Of a stretch of DNA of 64,000 nt, positions 39,820-49,821 are shown in pieces (within the stretch, counting starts at the first letter, position 1; every line of letters begins with the position of its first letter). The DNA comes from Paracoccaceae bacterium (GTDB lineage: Bacteria; Pseudomonadota; Alphaproteobacteria; Rhodobacterales; Rhodobacteraceae), in the NCBI GenBank assembly GCA_031400505.1, contig JANNPZ010000023.1, positions 4,277 to 68,276 of the forward strand. Reading direction: 5' to 3'. Both the position numbers and the translations under genes were made by a program. The notes beneath the pieces were generated by a model. The model did no database searches, was not told the origin of the DNA, and saw only the letters and a program-made list of their open reading frames with translations.

Positions 39820-41415
39820 ATGACGGTTCTGCGCGACGCGGCGATGAAATCGAAGGCCTGGCCATTTGAGGAAGCGCGCGCTGTGTTGAAGCGGTATGAA
39901 AAGGTGCCGCCCGCAAAGGGATATGTGCTGTTCGAGACCGGCTATGGCCCCTCGGGCCTGCCCCATATCGGCACCTTCGGCGAGGTGGCGCGCACCACGA
40001 TGATCCGCCGCGCCTTCGAAGTGATCAGCGACATCCCGACCCGGCTGATCTGCTTTTCCGACGATGTGGACGGCATGCGCAAGGTGCCCGACAACGTGCC
40101 GGACCGTGCCATGCTGATGGAACACTTGCAGCGCCCGCTGACTTCGGTGCCTGATCCCTTTGGCCTGTATGACAGCTTCGGTGCGCATAACAACGCGATG
40201 CTGCGCCGGTTTCTGGATACGTTCGGGTTTCAGTATGACTTCATCAGCGCGACCGAGTTCTACCGCTCGGGCAAGTTCGACGACACGTTGCGGCTGGCTT
40301 GCGAGCGGTATGACGCGATCATGGCAATCATGCTGGCGTCCTTGCGCGAAGAGCGCCAGCAGACCTATTCGTGCTTTTTGCCGATCCATCCCGAAACCGG
40401 CCGGGTTCTGTATGTGCCGATGAAGAACGTCGATGCCGTGAACCACGAGATCACCTTTGACGACGAGGATGGCCGGGAATGGACGCTGCCGGTGACGGGG
40501 GGCCGCGTCAAACTGCAATGGAAGCCCGATTTCGGCGCGCGTTGGGCCGCGCTGGATGTGGACTTTGAGATGTACGGCAAGGACCATTCCACCAACACCC
40601 CGATCTATGACAGCATCTGCGAGGTTTTGGGCGGGCGCAAACCCAACCACATGAGCTATGAGCTGTTTCTGGATGAGGAAGGCCAGAAGATCAGCAAATC
40701 CAAGGGCAACGGGTTGACGATCGACGAATGGCTGACTTATGCATCGTCCGAAAGCCTGTCGTATTTCATGTATCAAAAGCCCAAGACGGCCAAACGGATG
40801 CATTTCGACGTGATCCCGCGTGCGGTCGATGAATACCACCAGCAACTGCGCGCCTTTCCCACCCAGGACGCCGAGGCGCAGGTGAACAACCCGGTCTGGC
40901 ATATCCACGGCGGGCAGGTGCCGGTGTCGATGATGGTCATTCCGTTCTCGATGCTGCTCAATCTCGCGTCGGTGGCGGGGGCCAAGGACAAGTCCGGCCT
41001 GTGGGGCTTCATCCGCCGCTATATGCCCGATGCCTCGCCTGAAACGCACCCCGACCTTGATGCGGCGGCGGGCTATGCGCTGGCCTATTTCAACGACCGC
41101 ATCCTGCCGACGCGGCAGTTCCGCCTGCCCACCGACCGCGAGGCGGCTGCGATGGCCGACCTGCGCGCCCGGCTCGCGGCCTGGAATGGCGGCCTCGATG
41201 CCGAGGCGCTGCAAACCATGGTCTTTGCCGTAGGTACCGAAGCCAGGTTCGAACCGCTGCGCGACTGGTTCACCGCCCTTTACGAGGTGCTTCTTGGCGC
41301 AAGCCAAGGCCCGCGCTTTGGCGGCTTCATCGCGCTTTACGGTATCAGCGAAACCATTGCGCTCATCGACCAGGGGCTTGCCGGAGGACTGATCCCGCCA
41401 GCACCGAAAACGTGA
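39820..41415 (+). CDS. lysK: class I lysine--tRNA ligase
   Basis: [16 protein letters not shown] (HIGH-like) and KISKSKGNG (KMSKS). About 530 aa, typical of class I LysRS in alphaproteobacteria. Confidence 0.9.
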   Translation: MTVLRDAAMKSKAWPFEEARAVLKRYEKVPPAKGYVLFETGYGPSGLPHIGTFGEVARTTMIRRAFEVISDIPTRLICFSDDVDGMRKVPDNVPDRAMLMEHLQRPLTSVPDPFGLYDSFGAHNNAMLRRFLDTFGFQYDFISATEFYRSGKFDDTLRLACERYDAIMAIMLASLREERQQTYSCFLPIHPETGRVLYVPMKNVDAVNHEITFDDEDGREWTLPVTGGRVKLQWKPDFGARWAALDVDFEMYGKDHSTNTPIYDSICEVLGGRKPNHMSYELFLDEEGQKISKSKGNGLTIDEWLTYASSESLSYFMYQKPKTAKRMHFDVIPRAVDEYHQQLRAFPTQDAEAQVNNPVWHIHGGQVPVSMMVIPFSMLLNLASVAGAKDKSGLWGFIRRYMPDASPETHPDLDAAAGYALAYFNDRILPTRQFRLPTDREAAAMADLRARLAAWNGGLDAEALQTMVFAVGTEARFEPLRDWFTALYEVLLGASQGPRFGGFIALYGISETIALIDQGLAGGLIPPAPKT

Positions 41416-41470
41416 TTTGACAGGCCTTCTGCGCGTCATAGGCTTCTGCTCACAAAAAAGGAGAGCTAGG

Positions 41471-41878
41471 ATGCGCAGACTACTTACGGGACTTGCGATG
41501 TTGGCGCTCGTGACCACAGCGCACGCGGACGAGCCGCAGAACCCGGCGATCGAAGGTGTGATCGAAAATCAGATCACCGCTCTTCAGACCGATGATTTTG
41601 CCACGGCCTTCACCTTTGCCTCACCCACGATCAAGGGCATCTTTGGTACGCCCGAAAACTTCGGCGCGATGGTGGCGCAAGGCTATCCGATGGTCTACCG
41701 CCCCGATGCTGTGCAGATGCTGGAATTGCGACGGGTCGCGGGCAATTTGTGGCAGCGCGTTCTGATCACCGATCAGACCGGCAAGACCCATATGCTCGAT
41801 TACATGATGATCGACACACCTGACGGCTGGCAGATCAACGCCGTCCAACTGCTGCCGCAGGCGGGTGTCGGCGCCTGA
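41471..41878 (+). CDS. secreted DUF4864-like protein
   Basis: Signal peptide MRRLLTGLAMLALVTTAHA. SD AGGAGAG. NTF2-like size. Confidence 0.55.
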   Translation: MRRLLTGLAMLALVTTAHADEPQNPAIEGVIENQITALQTDDFATAFTFASPTIKGIFGTPENFGAMVAQGYPMVYRPDAVQMLELRRVAGNLWQRVLITDQTGKTHMLDYMMIDTPDGWQINAVQLLPQAGVGA

Positions 41879-41881
41879 TCC

Positions 41882-41929
41882 CTTTCATCTTGGCGGAAAT
41901 ATCCCGGGGGTGTGGGGGCTGGCCCCCAC
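41882..41929 (-). repeat. intergenic repeat family copy C
   Basis: Reverse complement reads GTGGGGGCCAGCCCCCAC ACCCCCGGGATATTTCCGCCAAGATGAAAGG. Starts 4 nt after the DUF4864 stop. Confidence 0.7.
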
Positions 41930-42052
41930 TTGGTGTTGCAACGGCGCTTGCTGATCGCACGCATGAATGATCCGCCGTTAACGATCCGTTGATAAATCCC
42001 TCGCCACAGAAGGCCCCCCCGGGCTGTGCTGCAATCAAGGCGAGGATCAAGG

Positions 42053-44341
42053 ATGAACAAGGCGATTACCGAAGGTCTGGTGCTGATGCCACCGCCGTTC
42101 TCTGCAGGCTTGAATCTGTGGTCGCGCGAGGACGGGCGGACGGGGCAGGGGTCCTATGCCGCGCAGGCGAACGCTGCTTTCGTCACGGCAGATGCGGATT
42201 TCGCCGGCTGTCTGGAACTGCAAAAGATTGAAAGCACCCAGCGCGTCCGTTCATTCCAACAAATCCCGATGCAACCGGGGTTGTACCTGAAGGTGACCGT
42301 CCGGATCAAGGCGGTCTCCGGCGCGTTGCCGTCTGTACGGATCGCCGGTTGGGCCGGGTCTTCGTCAGGCAGCAATGTCGCAACAGCCGACCAGCAAGGC
42401 CCGTCAGTTGCGCTGACCAGCTATGGCCAGGTCGTTACCGTCTCTGCGATCATCGGATCGGGCAACCGGCAGGGTGTCGATATGGTCTGGGGGCTTGCCC
42501 CGGCTTATGGCCATATCGGACTGGACCTGATCGGGGCCAATAACGGCATTGTCCGGATCGACGACATCACCATTGAAGATGTCAGCGCGATTTTTCACTC
42601 GGTCCTGTTCGACTGGGTGGATGTCCGTGACTATGGTGCCATCGGTGATGGGGTGACCGACGACTACGCGGCCTTCGCCGCTGCCGACGACGCGGCATCT
42701 GGCAAGCGTGTGGTGGTGCCGCCGGGCACCTATTTCATTTCCTCGAACCTGACATTTGAAAACCCGGTGCAATTCGAAGGCACGCTTGCCATGCCGGCAG
42801 CGGTTCGGCTGACCTGCACGCGCAACTACAACCTTGACACCTATGCGGCCGCATTCGGGACCGAGTTGCAGGGGTTCAAGAAGGCTTTGCAGGCACTGTT
42901 TTACTTCACCGACCATGTCCAGCTTGATCTTTCAGGCCGCCGGGTCGAACTGAGCGAGCCGATTGATGTGGCAGCACTGGCGGGGCTTTCGACGTTTGCG
43001 CAGCGCCGGCAAGTTGCGAACGGCCAGTTTTCGGTGTTGGAAGGTGCCGCATGGGACACCACGGTTGTCACCGCAACCGCGACCTATTCGACGGCGCAAT
43101 CCGCGATTCTGACGGCTGTTTCCAACATCGCCAGCATCCCGGTTGGTGCGCGCGTCACCGGCAACGGTCTGGGGAGAGAGGTCTATGTCAAATCCAAGAA
43201 CATCAGTGCCGCGACACTCGAGCTGAGCCGTCCGCTGGTCGGGGGCAGCGGCACGCGCAGTCTGACCTTTACCCGATACAAATACATGTTCGATTTTGGC
43301 GGTTTTGCCGGACTTTCAAAATTCGAGTTCAGCAATCTCGAGTTTCTGTGCAATGGCCTGGCCAGCTGCATCAATCTTGCCATGTCGGGTGATACGTTCA
43401 AGATCGTGGATTGCGTTGTCAACAAACCGCTTGACAAGGGCATCACTTCGACCGGGAGCGGGTGTCAGGACCTGATCATCGACCAATGCCAATTCATCTC
43501 GAACGAGCAGGAACTGCCGGTTGAAAGCCGCAAGTCGATCGTATTCAACGTCAACGCCAATGATGCCAAGATCCGCAACAACCGGGCGTCGCGTTGGGCG
43601 CATTTCGGCATTGTTGCCGGGTCCGGGCATATCTTTCTGGGCAACCACTTCTTTGGGGGCGATGATTTCACGACCGGGGTGCGCAAGGCCGGTCTGGTGT
43701 TTACCGACATCAACCTGAAGACGTTCATCACCGGGAACTACATCGACAACTCGTTTATCGAGTTGACCAATGAACATGACAATCTTCCCAACAACGTGAA
43801 CGAGTTTTCGTTTGGCGGGCTGACGGTTACGGGAAATACCTTTACGGCCGCCAACGTCGCTCCGTGGTTCCGGTGGCTGGTGGTCAGCCCGTATGGCTCT
43901 GGCCACTACGTGACTGGGCTGACCGTCAGCAGCAACGTGTTTCGCGTCGTTTCCGCGTCCGTGGACCGGATCGAAGCGGTGGACACCACGTACGGGACGC
44001 TTGCCTATACCAGTTTCCGAAACGTGATTTTCGAAAACAACTCCTTCACCAACGTCTCGCAGCCGACATCAAGTCCGGTGATGGTCGAGCACACCCAAAG
44101 CACGGCATCGGATACCTGGGTGGTGGACGCCTCGGCCTATCTGCCATTCGCCAGCCGTGCGCGCAACGTGGTGGCACTGGTTGCCGAAGGGGCGATCAGC
44201 AATGCCGCAAACGTCGCACAGAACGTGATGCCTTGGGTGGCGGTCGAACAGGGGGCCGAAGGCAATCTTGTCAACATCCGATGGTCGACGGCGGTAAAAG
44301 GCAAGATGCAGGTCACGTTGCGTTGCGACAATCCGGTCTAA
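42053..44341 (+). CDS. pectate-lyase-superfamily (GH28-related, tailspike-like) right-handed beta-helix protein
   Basis: WVDVRDYGAIGDGVTDDYAAFAAA, the hallmark N-terminus of the Pectate_lyase_3 domain, follows a jelly-roll-like N-terminal region of about 190 aa. Later PbH1-like repeats: ITGNYIDNSFIEL, LTVTGNTFTAAN, VIFENNSFTNVS. No signal peptide. Confidence 0.75.
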   Translation: MNKAITEGLVLMPPPFSAGLNLWSREDGRTGQGSYAAQANAAFVTADADFAGCLELQKIESTQRVRSFQQIPMQPGLYLKVTVRIKAVSGALPSVRIAGWAGSSSGSNVATADQQGPSVALTSYGQVVTVSAIIGSGNRQGVDMVWGLAPAYGHIGLDLIGANNGIVRIDDITIEDVSAIFHSVLFDWVDVRDYGAIGDGVTDDYAAFAAADDAASGKRVVVPPGTYFISSNLTFENPVQFEGTLAMPAAVRLTCTRNYNLDTYAAAFGTELQGFKKALQALFYFTDHVQLDLSGRRVELSEPIDVAALAGLSTFAQRRQVANGQFSVLEGAAWDTTVVTATATYSTAQSAILTAVSNIASIPVGARVTGNGLGREVYVKSKNISAATLELSRPLVGGSGTRSLTFTRYKYMFDFGGFAGLSKFEFSNLEFLCNGLASCINLAMSGDTFKIVDCVVNKPLDKGITSTGSGCQDLIIDQCQFISNEQELPVESRKSIVFNVNANDAKIRNNRASRWAHFGIVAGSGHIFLGNHFFGGDDFTTGVRKAGLVFTDINLKTFITGNYIDNSFIELTNEHDNLPNNVNEFSFGGLTVTGNTFTAANVAPWFRWLVVSPYGSGHYVTGLTVSSNVFRVVSASVDRIEAVDTTYGTLAYTSFRNVIFENNSFTNVSQPTSSPVMVEHTQSTASDTWVVDASAYLPFASRARNVVALVAEGAISNAANVAQNVMPWVAVEQGAEGNLVNIRWSTAVKGKMQVTLRCDNPV

Positions 44342-44868
44342 CTGCGCAGGGCCTCGGGCGGGATGTTGAACGCCCGCCCGAAGCCGCCGTTAAGCAGACC
44401 ACGTGAAATGCTCAGGCGCACAAACGCGAAATCCGCAAAATCGACATACAGCGCGGATTTGGGGTGGTCGCGCAGCCACCGCGCGCGCAATGCGCCGCGC
44501 GTTGGATCATCGGCGGCGACAAAATGGGCGCAGGCTTGCAACATCAGCCGCGGATGGGTCAGTGGATCACCCTTCGGTCCCGGCTCTCCGACCAAGAGCG
44601 CGCAGGCCGGCTGCACGCAAAGAGCGGCAAAATGCTGGCTGAGTGCCGAGATGAGTGTGATCGCCCCGGCATCCGGATCAAGGCCAAACGCAATGCGGCT
44701 GATACCGGGGTTCGTGGTGTCGGGGTCGGAATAGGCAAGAGCAGCAAAGCGCGCGGTCTGCATCAGGCCGCGCGCCTGTGCGATTTCGGCGGCCTCTGCG
44801 GGGCGCACCCGGTCTTGATTTGGCGGTAGGGCCGGATCAGGCATGATGGCGCGAAGTCCCGTTGACAA
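44338..44868 (-). CDS. pyridoxamine 5'-phosphate oxidase-fold (HugZ-like) protein
   Basis: 176 aa with the pattern ARGLMQTARFAALAY...ISRIAF...DFAFVRL, typical of split-barrel FMN-binding proteins. Convergent 4-nt overlap with the beta-helix gene. Confidence 0.55.
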   Translation of the reverse strand: MSTGLRAIMPDPALPPNQDRVRPAEAAEIAQARGLMQTARFAALAYSDPDTTNPGISRIAFGLDPDAGAITLISALSQHFAALCVQPACALLVGEPGPKGDPLTHPRLMLQACAHFVAADDPTRGALRARWLRDHPKSALYVDFADFAFVRLSISRGLLNGGFGRAFNIPPEALRS

Positions 44869-44948
44869 TCATGATGGGCGGGCGTCTGGTCGAGCAAAGT
44901 CGACACCGCGATACCAGCATCTTCGGGATTGACAGCTAAGGCGAGCCA

Positions 44949-46610
44949 ATGAGCCAAGCAAGCGCGTTGCCCAGAAAACCCTCTCAGAGACGCCGCGAAT
45001 CCGAGTTCACGCCGAAACTGTTCACGCGTCTGCGCGAGGGCTACAGCCTGGCCGACCTGCGTGCCGACGCACTGGCCGGGCTGACTGTGGCCATTGTGGC
45101 CCTGCCATTGTCGATGGCGATTGCGATTGCCAGCGGGGTTGGGCCCGAGCGTGGGCTTTACACGACGATCATCGGCGGTTTCTTGGTGTCGGCGCTGGGC
45201 GGCAGCCGGCATCAGGTCGGTGGACCGGCGGGGGCGTTCATCGTGCTGGTGACGTCTTGCGTGATGGCGATCGGGATCGAGGGGTTGATCCTGGCCACGT
45301 TCCTGTCGGGGTTCGTGCTGATGGCGGCGGGACTGCTGCGGCTGGGCACCTACGTGCGCTTCATCCCCTATCCGGTGACGGTGGGCTTTACCGCCGGGAT
45401 CGCCGTGATCATCTTTGCAAGCCAGATCAAGGATCTGTTCGGTCTGACCCTGATTGCGCCCGAGCCTGCCGAGATCATTGAAAAGGCGCAGGTGCTGTGG
45501 GCGTCGGCGGGATCGTTCACGCCTGCGGCGGCAGCGGTTGCGACAGGCACAATTCTGGTGATCGTGGGGATCAAGAAAGCTGCACCGGCCGCGCCGAATT
45601 TGCTGATCGCGGTTGTGCTGGCGGGATTGTCGGTCGCGGTGTTTGATCTGCCGGTGGAAACCATCGAAAGCAAGTTCGGCGAATTGCCGCGCTTGCCACC
45701 CGTGCCCGCCTTGCCCGGTCTGGGCCTTGAGGCGATCACCGCAGCCTTGCCCTTTGCGCTTGGCTTTGCCCTGTTGGGAGCGATTGAATCGCTGCTGTCG
45801 GCGGTGGTGGCCGACGGGATGAGCGGGCGGCGGCACCGCAGCAATGGCGAGTTGATGGCGCAAGGTGTTGCCAATATCGGCTCGGCGCTGTTTGGCGGCT
45901 TTTGCGTGACAGGAACAATCGCGCGCACCGCGACCAACGTGAAGGCCGGTTCGCGCGGGCCGGTTTCGGGGATGCTGCATGCGCTGTTCGTGCTGTTGGC
46001 GATGTTGGTGGCCGCACCGCTGGCCGGGCACATCCCCTTGGCTGCGCTGGCCGGGTTGCTGGCAGTGGTCGCCTGGAACATGGCCGAGAAGGACGAGTTG
46101 TGGGCTTTGATCCGCCATTCACGCGCCGATGCGGTGGTGGTGGTCGTGACGTTCCTGCTGGTGATTTTTGTCGATCTGCCCACTGGGATCGTCGTCGGGT
46201 TTGCGTTGGGGGGCCTTGTGTTCGTTCAGCGCATGTCGGACGCCGCCCGCATGAAGGACCCGCCACAGGATGAAGCCGACAGCGATGCAGACATGTTGGT
46301 TTACAGAATGTCAGGCCCATACTTCTTTGGCGCGGCAGCCCAGTTGGGTGCCGCACTTGACGAGATGGCCGATCATCGCCGGTTGCTTGTGATTGACTTT
46401 GCGGATGTGCCGTTCATCGACAGCACCGGGGCACGTTCGATAGCCCTTCTGGCAAAGAAGACGGCCCGGAAAGGTGGGCAGTTGTGCCTGACGTCGGCTG
46501 CGCCCGAAGTATGCCGTTCATTGAAGGCAGCCGGGGCACAGGAACCCGAGGTGCAGTTCTGGCCCGACGTCGCGTCGGTTCCGCGTCCCAAGCCGCCGTC
46601 AGATTCATAG
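44949..46610 (+). CDS. SulP-family anion transporter with C-terminal STAS domain
   Basis: N-terminal DLRADALAGLTVAIVALPLSMAIAIASG, multiple TM segments, and a STAS tail (LVIDFADVPFIDSTGARS). Confidence 0.9.
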   Translation: MSQASALPRKPSQRRRESEFTPKLFTRLREGYSLADLRADALAGLTVAIVALPLSMAIAIASGVGPERGLYTTIIGGFLVSALGGSRHQVGGPAGAFIVLVTSCVMAIGIEGLILATFLSGFVLMAAGLLRLGTYVRFIPYPVTVGFTAGIAVIIFASQIKDLFGLTLIAPEPAEIIEKAQVLWASAGSFTPAAAAVATGTILVIVGIKKAAPAAPNLLIAVVLAGLSVAVFDLPVETIESKFGELPRLPPVPALPGLGLEAITAALPFALGFALLGAIESLLSAVVADGMSGRRHRSNGELMAQGVANIGSALFGGFCVTGTIARTATNVKAGSRGPVSGMLHALFVLLAMLVAAPLAGHIPLAALAGLLAVVAWNMAEKDELWALIRHSRADAVVVVVTFLLVIFVDLPTGIVVGFALGGLVFVQRMSDAARMKDPPQDEADSDADMLVYRMSGPYFFGAAAQLGAALDEMADHRRLLVIDFADVPFIDSTGARSIALLAKKTARKGGQLCLTSAAPEVCRSLKAAGAQEPEVQFWPDVASVPRPKPPSDS

Positions 46611-46737
46611 GCAGCGACAGCGACCAAATGGGACCCAGGAATGTCCCGAACACCGGTGCACTGAATTGGGGCCTAGGTGTGGCTGACCGGGCGACCGGCG
46701 GCGATCCCGCCATCCGAGTGCGAACCGTAGCCAGGCC

Positions 46738-47025
46738 CTATTTCCGAATACGCTGAATGACCTGCCATCCGGCCAAAGCAACGGCCAGCAGGATTGCATT
46801 GGCAATCAACCCCACCCAAACAACGGTCCATTGGCCCAAGGCCGCTGCGGAGCCAAGGCCCATCGTGGTCGGCAAGATCACTGCAACGAATGCCAGCCCC
46901 GCCACCAGTGGCAGGGCCATTCCCGTCACGGCCCGGTTTTGCACCGCAGTGTACAACAGCGCCACGATCAGCCCGATCCGGAACGGGTCGGTCAGCTGGC
47001 TTTGCAAAAGGTCGAACAGGGTCAT
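46738..47025 (-). CDS. hypothetical small membrane protein (95 aa, 3 TM)
   Basis: Hydrophobic ORF with native composition. No family recognised. Confidence 0.45.
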   Translation of the reverse strand: MTLFDLLQSQLTDPFRIGLIVALLYTAVQNRAVTGMALPLVAGLAFVAVILPTTMGLGSAAALGQWTVVWVGLIANAILLAVALAGWQVIQRIRK

Positions 47026-47079
47026 GCGAATTGGGCTCCGAAGGGGATGACGGATGATAGTCCACGCCCAGAGCGCGGT

Positions 47080-47859
47080 CTATGGCTGCGCGGCAAACGG
47101 ATCGCAAGGATAGCCAACTGCGGTCAGATACAACCCCTGCGGCGGGCAAACCGGCCCGCAGGCGGTACGATCCCGCGCCAGAAGGGCCTCTTGCATCTGT
47201 TGTGGGGGCCATTTTCCACTGCCGACCCGCTCCAGACTGCCGACGATCGATCGGACCTGATTGTGCAGAAAGCTGCGGGCCCGAAGGGCAAAGCGGTATT
47301 CGACCCCGCCCGGAACGGGGGCTTCTACAATCGTGATTTCATCCAGCGTTTTCACCGGACTTGCCGCCTGACACAGCGCCGAGCGGAAGGTGGTGAAGTC
47401 GTGCTTGCCGAGCAAATGCGCAGCGGCTGCCTGCATCGCGGGCAGATCGAGCGGATGGGGCAGTTGCCAGACCTTGCCGCGGTCGATCACCGATGGCGCG
47501 CGCCGCGCCAAAATGCGGAACAGATAGCGCCGCTCACGCGCGGAAAACCGGGCGTGAAAATCGTCCGCCACCGGCGCACAGGCGATCACCGCCACGGGCC
47601 AGGGCCGCAAATGCGCATTGATCGCCCCTGCCAGCCGGAACGGGTCCCACGCGCGCGGCAGATCGACATGCGCGACCTGCCCCGTCGCATGAACCCCGGC
47701 GTCAGTGCGCCCTGCACCTGCCACCACATGCGGGCCGGGATGCAGCCGCGCCAGCGCCTCCTCCAGCGCGCCTTGCACCGAAGGCTGGCTTTCCGACTGC
47801 CGCTGCCAGCCCTGAAACGGGCCTCCGTCATATTCGATCATCAAAGCATATCTCGGCAT
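47080..47859 (-). CDS. truA: tRNA pseudouridine(38-40) synthase
   Basis: [21 protein letters not shown] and [19 protein letters not shown] (catalytic Asp). Confidence 0.9.
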   Translation of the reverse strand: MPRYALMIEYDGGPFQGWQRQSESQPSVQGALEEALARLHPGPHVVAGAGRTDAGVHATGQVAHVDLPRAWDPFRLAGAINAHLRPWPVAVIACAPVADDFHARFSARERRYLFRILARRAPSVIDRGKVWQLPHPLDLPAMQAAAAHLLGKHDFTTFRSALCQAASPVKTLDEITIVEAPVPGGVEYRFALRARSFLHNQVRSIVGSLERVGSGKWPPQQMQEALLARDRTACGPVCPPQGLYLTAVGYPCDPFAAQP

Positions 47860-47965
47860 GACCTCTGCGTTAGCGAAAGCGGCCTGCCCTGTCCATCCTG
47901 CCGCTTTCCCCCTTAACAGCCCCCGCCCGCCCCCCTATGGTTCGCGGGCAAATGAGGAGCAGCCC

Positions 47966-49381
47966 TTGGTCATCGCGTCCATCACCGACGGGATCACACG
48001 CCAGATCGAAGGGGTCAGTGCGGCACTGTCCGAGACGTTCTTCGAACCTGTCCTGCGGCTGGGGGTGACCGGGCTTTCCCGTGCGGGCAAGACAGTGTTC
48101 ATCACCGGGCTGGTGGCGAACCTTTTGTACCACGGCCGGATGCCACAGTTGCGCGCGGCGGCGGAGGGCCGGATCGAGGCGGTCTATCTGCAACCACAGC
48201 CCGACGATACGCTGCCACGGTTCGACTATGAATCCCACCTTGCCGCGCTGACCGGCGACGATCCACGCTGGCCGCAATCGACCCGCGCGATCAGCGAGCT
48301 GCGCCTGTCGTTCCGGGTCCGGCCTTCGGGGTTTCTGGCGGGGTTTCTGGGCCCGCATGTGCTGCATGTGGACATCATCGACTATCCGGGCGAATGGCTC
48401 TTGGACCTTGCCTTGATGGAGAAATCCTACGAAGCGTGGTCGGATGAAACCCTGTCCCGGCTGGCCAAGCGCTCGCAGGCCGCCGACTACATGGCAACCG
48501 CCCGGGCCGAGGATGGCGCGCAGCAACTGACCGAGGCGCGCGCGGCAGGGCTGGCCGCAGGCTTTACCCGCTATCTGCAGGCCGCCCGCGATGCAGGCTA
48601 TTCCGACTGCACGCCGGGGCGGTTCCTGCTGCCGGGTGATCTGGCGGGCAGCCCGGTTCTGACCTTTGCCCCACTGTCGCGCCCGGCGATGACCCCTCGC
48701 GGGTGCCTCTGGCGCGAAATGGCGCGGCGCTATGACGCCTACAAGGCCCGCGTCGTGCAGCCGTTCTTCCGCGATCATTTCGCCCGCATCGACCGCCAGA
48801 TTGTGCTGATGGATGTGCTGGGGGCGATCCATCAGGGCCCCCCCGCCGTCGAGGATCTGCGCCGCACCATGGCCGAGGTGTTGGCGGCGTTTCGCCCCGG
48901 ACGCAACGGCTGGCTGTCGGGCCTTCTGGGCGGGCGGCGTGTGGAACGCATCCTTTTTGCCGCGACCAAGGCCGATCATCTGCACCACAGCCAGCACGCA
49001 GCCCTGACCACAATCGTGCAGGCAATGCTGGCCGAGGCGAAATCGCGCGCCGATTTCGCCGGGGCGCAGACCCAGGCGATGGCCCTGGCAGGCCTGCGCA
49101 CCACGGTCGAGGAAACTGTGACGCGCGACGGGGCAGCACTCGATTGCGTCAAGGGGCGGCTTCTGGCCACCGGCAAGCAGGCGGTTATGTATCCGGGCAC
49201 GCTGCCCGCAGACCCTGCACGTCTGCTTGCGCCCGCACGCGAAGGGGCCGAACGCTGGCTGGATGCGGAGTACGGGCTGATGGCTTTTGCCCCCGCCCGG
49301 TTTACCGCCAAGCCCGGCGAAGGCCCGCCGCACATCCGGCTTGACCGCGCCGCCGATTTTCTGATCGGAGACCGGCTGTGA
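47966..49381 (+). CDS. ycjX: YcjX-family P-loop NTPase
   Basis: RLGVTGLSRAGKTVFITGL Walker A. Start placed at TTG 47966, 6 nt after GAGGAG. The listed ATG at 47858 would overlap the truA start codon. Confidence 0.8.
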   Translation: MVIASITDGITRQIEGVSAALSETFFEPVLRLGVTGLSRAGKTVFITGLVANLLYHGRMPQLRAAAEGRIEAVYLQPQPDDTLPRFDYESHLAALTGDDPRWPQSTRAISELRLSFRVRPSGFLAGFLGPHVLHVDIIDYPGEWLLDLALMEKSYEAWSDETLSRLAKRSQAADYMATARAEDGAQQLTEARAAGLAAGFTRYLQAARDAGYSDCTPGRFLLPGDLAGSPVLTFAPLSRPAMTPRGCLWREMARRYDAYKARVVQPFFRDHFARIDRQIVLMDVLGAIHQGPPAVEDLRRTMAEVLAAFRPGRNGWLSGLLGGRRVERILFAATKADHLHHSQHAALTTIVQAMLAEAKSRADFAGAQTQAMALAGLRTTVEETVTRDGAALDCVKGRLLATGKQAVMYPGTLPADPARLLAPAREGAERWLDAEYGLMAFAPARFTAKPGEGPPHIRLDRAADFLIGDRL

Positions 49382-49821
49382 TCGTCGTGCTGCGAGAGGG
49401 GTCTGCAAGAGATGTGGCGGGGCTTGCCGCAATCCTTGGCGGCTGGATCGATGAAACGCCCTGGATGCCCAAACTGCATAGCTCTGACGACCATCTGCAC
49501 TTTCTGCGCCGCCTTGTCGGCGCAGGCGGGGTGCGCGTCGCGGATGCTGACGGGACGCCGGTCGGTTTTCTGTCACGCGACGGGTCCGAGATCGCCGCTC
49601 TTTATCCGCTCGCTGCTGTGCGGCGACAGGGTATCGGGGCCGCCTTGCTGCAAGAAGCGCAAACGTCCGTTGCGGCACTGCACCTTTGGACCTTTCAGGC
49701 CAACGCTGGGGCGCAGCGATTCTATGCCCGGCATGGGTTTGTCGAGGTGGGCCGTGGGGCCGGGGCCGACAATGACGAGGGCCTCCCCGACCTGCGCCTA
49801 AGCTGGAGGAGACCGCTGTGA
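49378..49821 (+). CDS. GNAT-family N-acetyltransferase embedded in the ycjX-ycjF operon
   Basis: RRQGIGAALL motif A and NAGAQRFYARHGF. GTGA overlaps at both ends. Confidence 0.75.
   Translation: MIVVLREGSARDVAGLAAILGGWIDETPWMPKLHSSDDHLHFLRRLVGAGGVRVADADGTPVGFLSRDGSEIAALYPLAAVRRQGIGAALLQEAQTSVAALHLWTFQANAGAQRFYARHGFVEVGRGAGADNDEGLPDLRLSWRRPL

Noticed and set aside
39637-41517. 626-aa ORF on the minus strand
   Set aside because: Entirely antisense to the well-supported class I lysyl-tRNA synthetase. The R/G/P/H-rich translation is typical of spurious antisense ORFs in high-GC DNA.
44763-46118. 451-aa minus-strand ORF (also 45368..46183 and 45736..46356)
   Set aside because: Antisense to the SulP transporter. 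The translations are extremely R/Q/H/P-rich and not protein-like.
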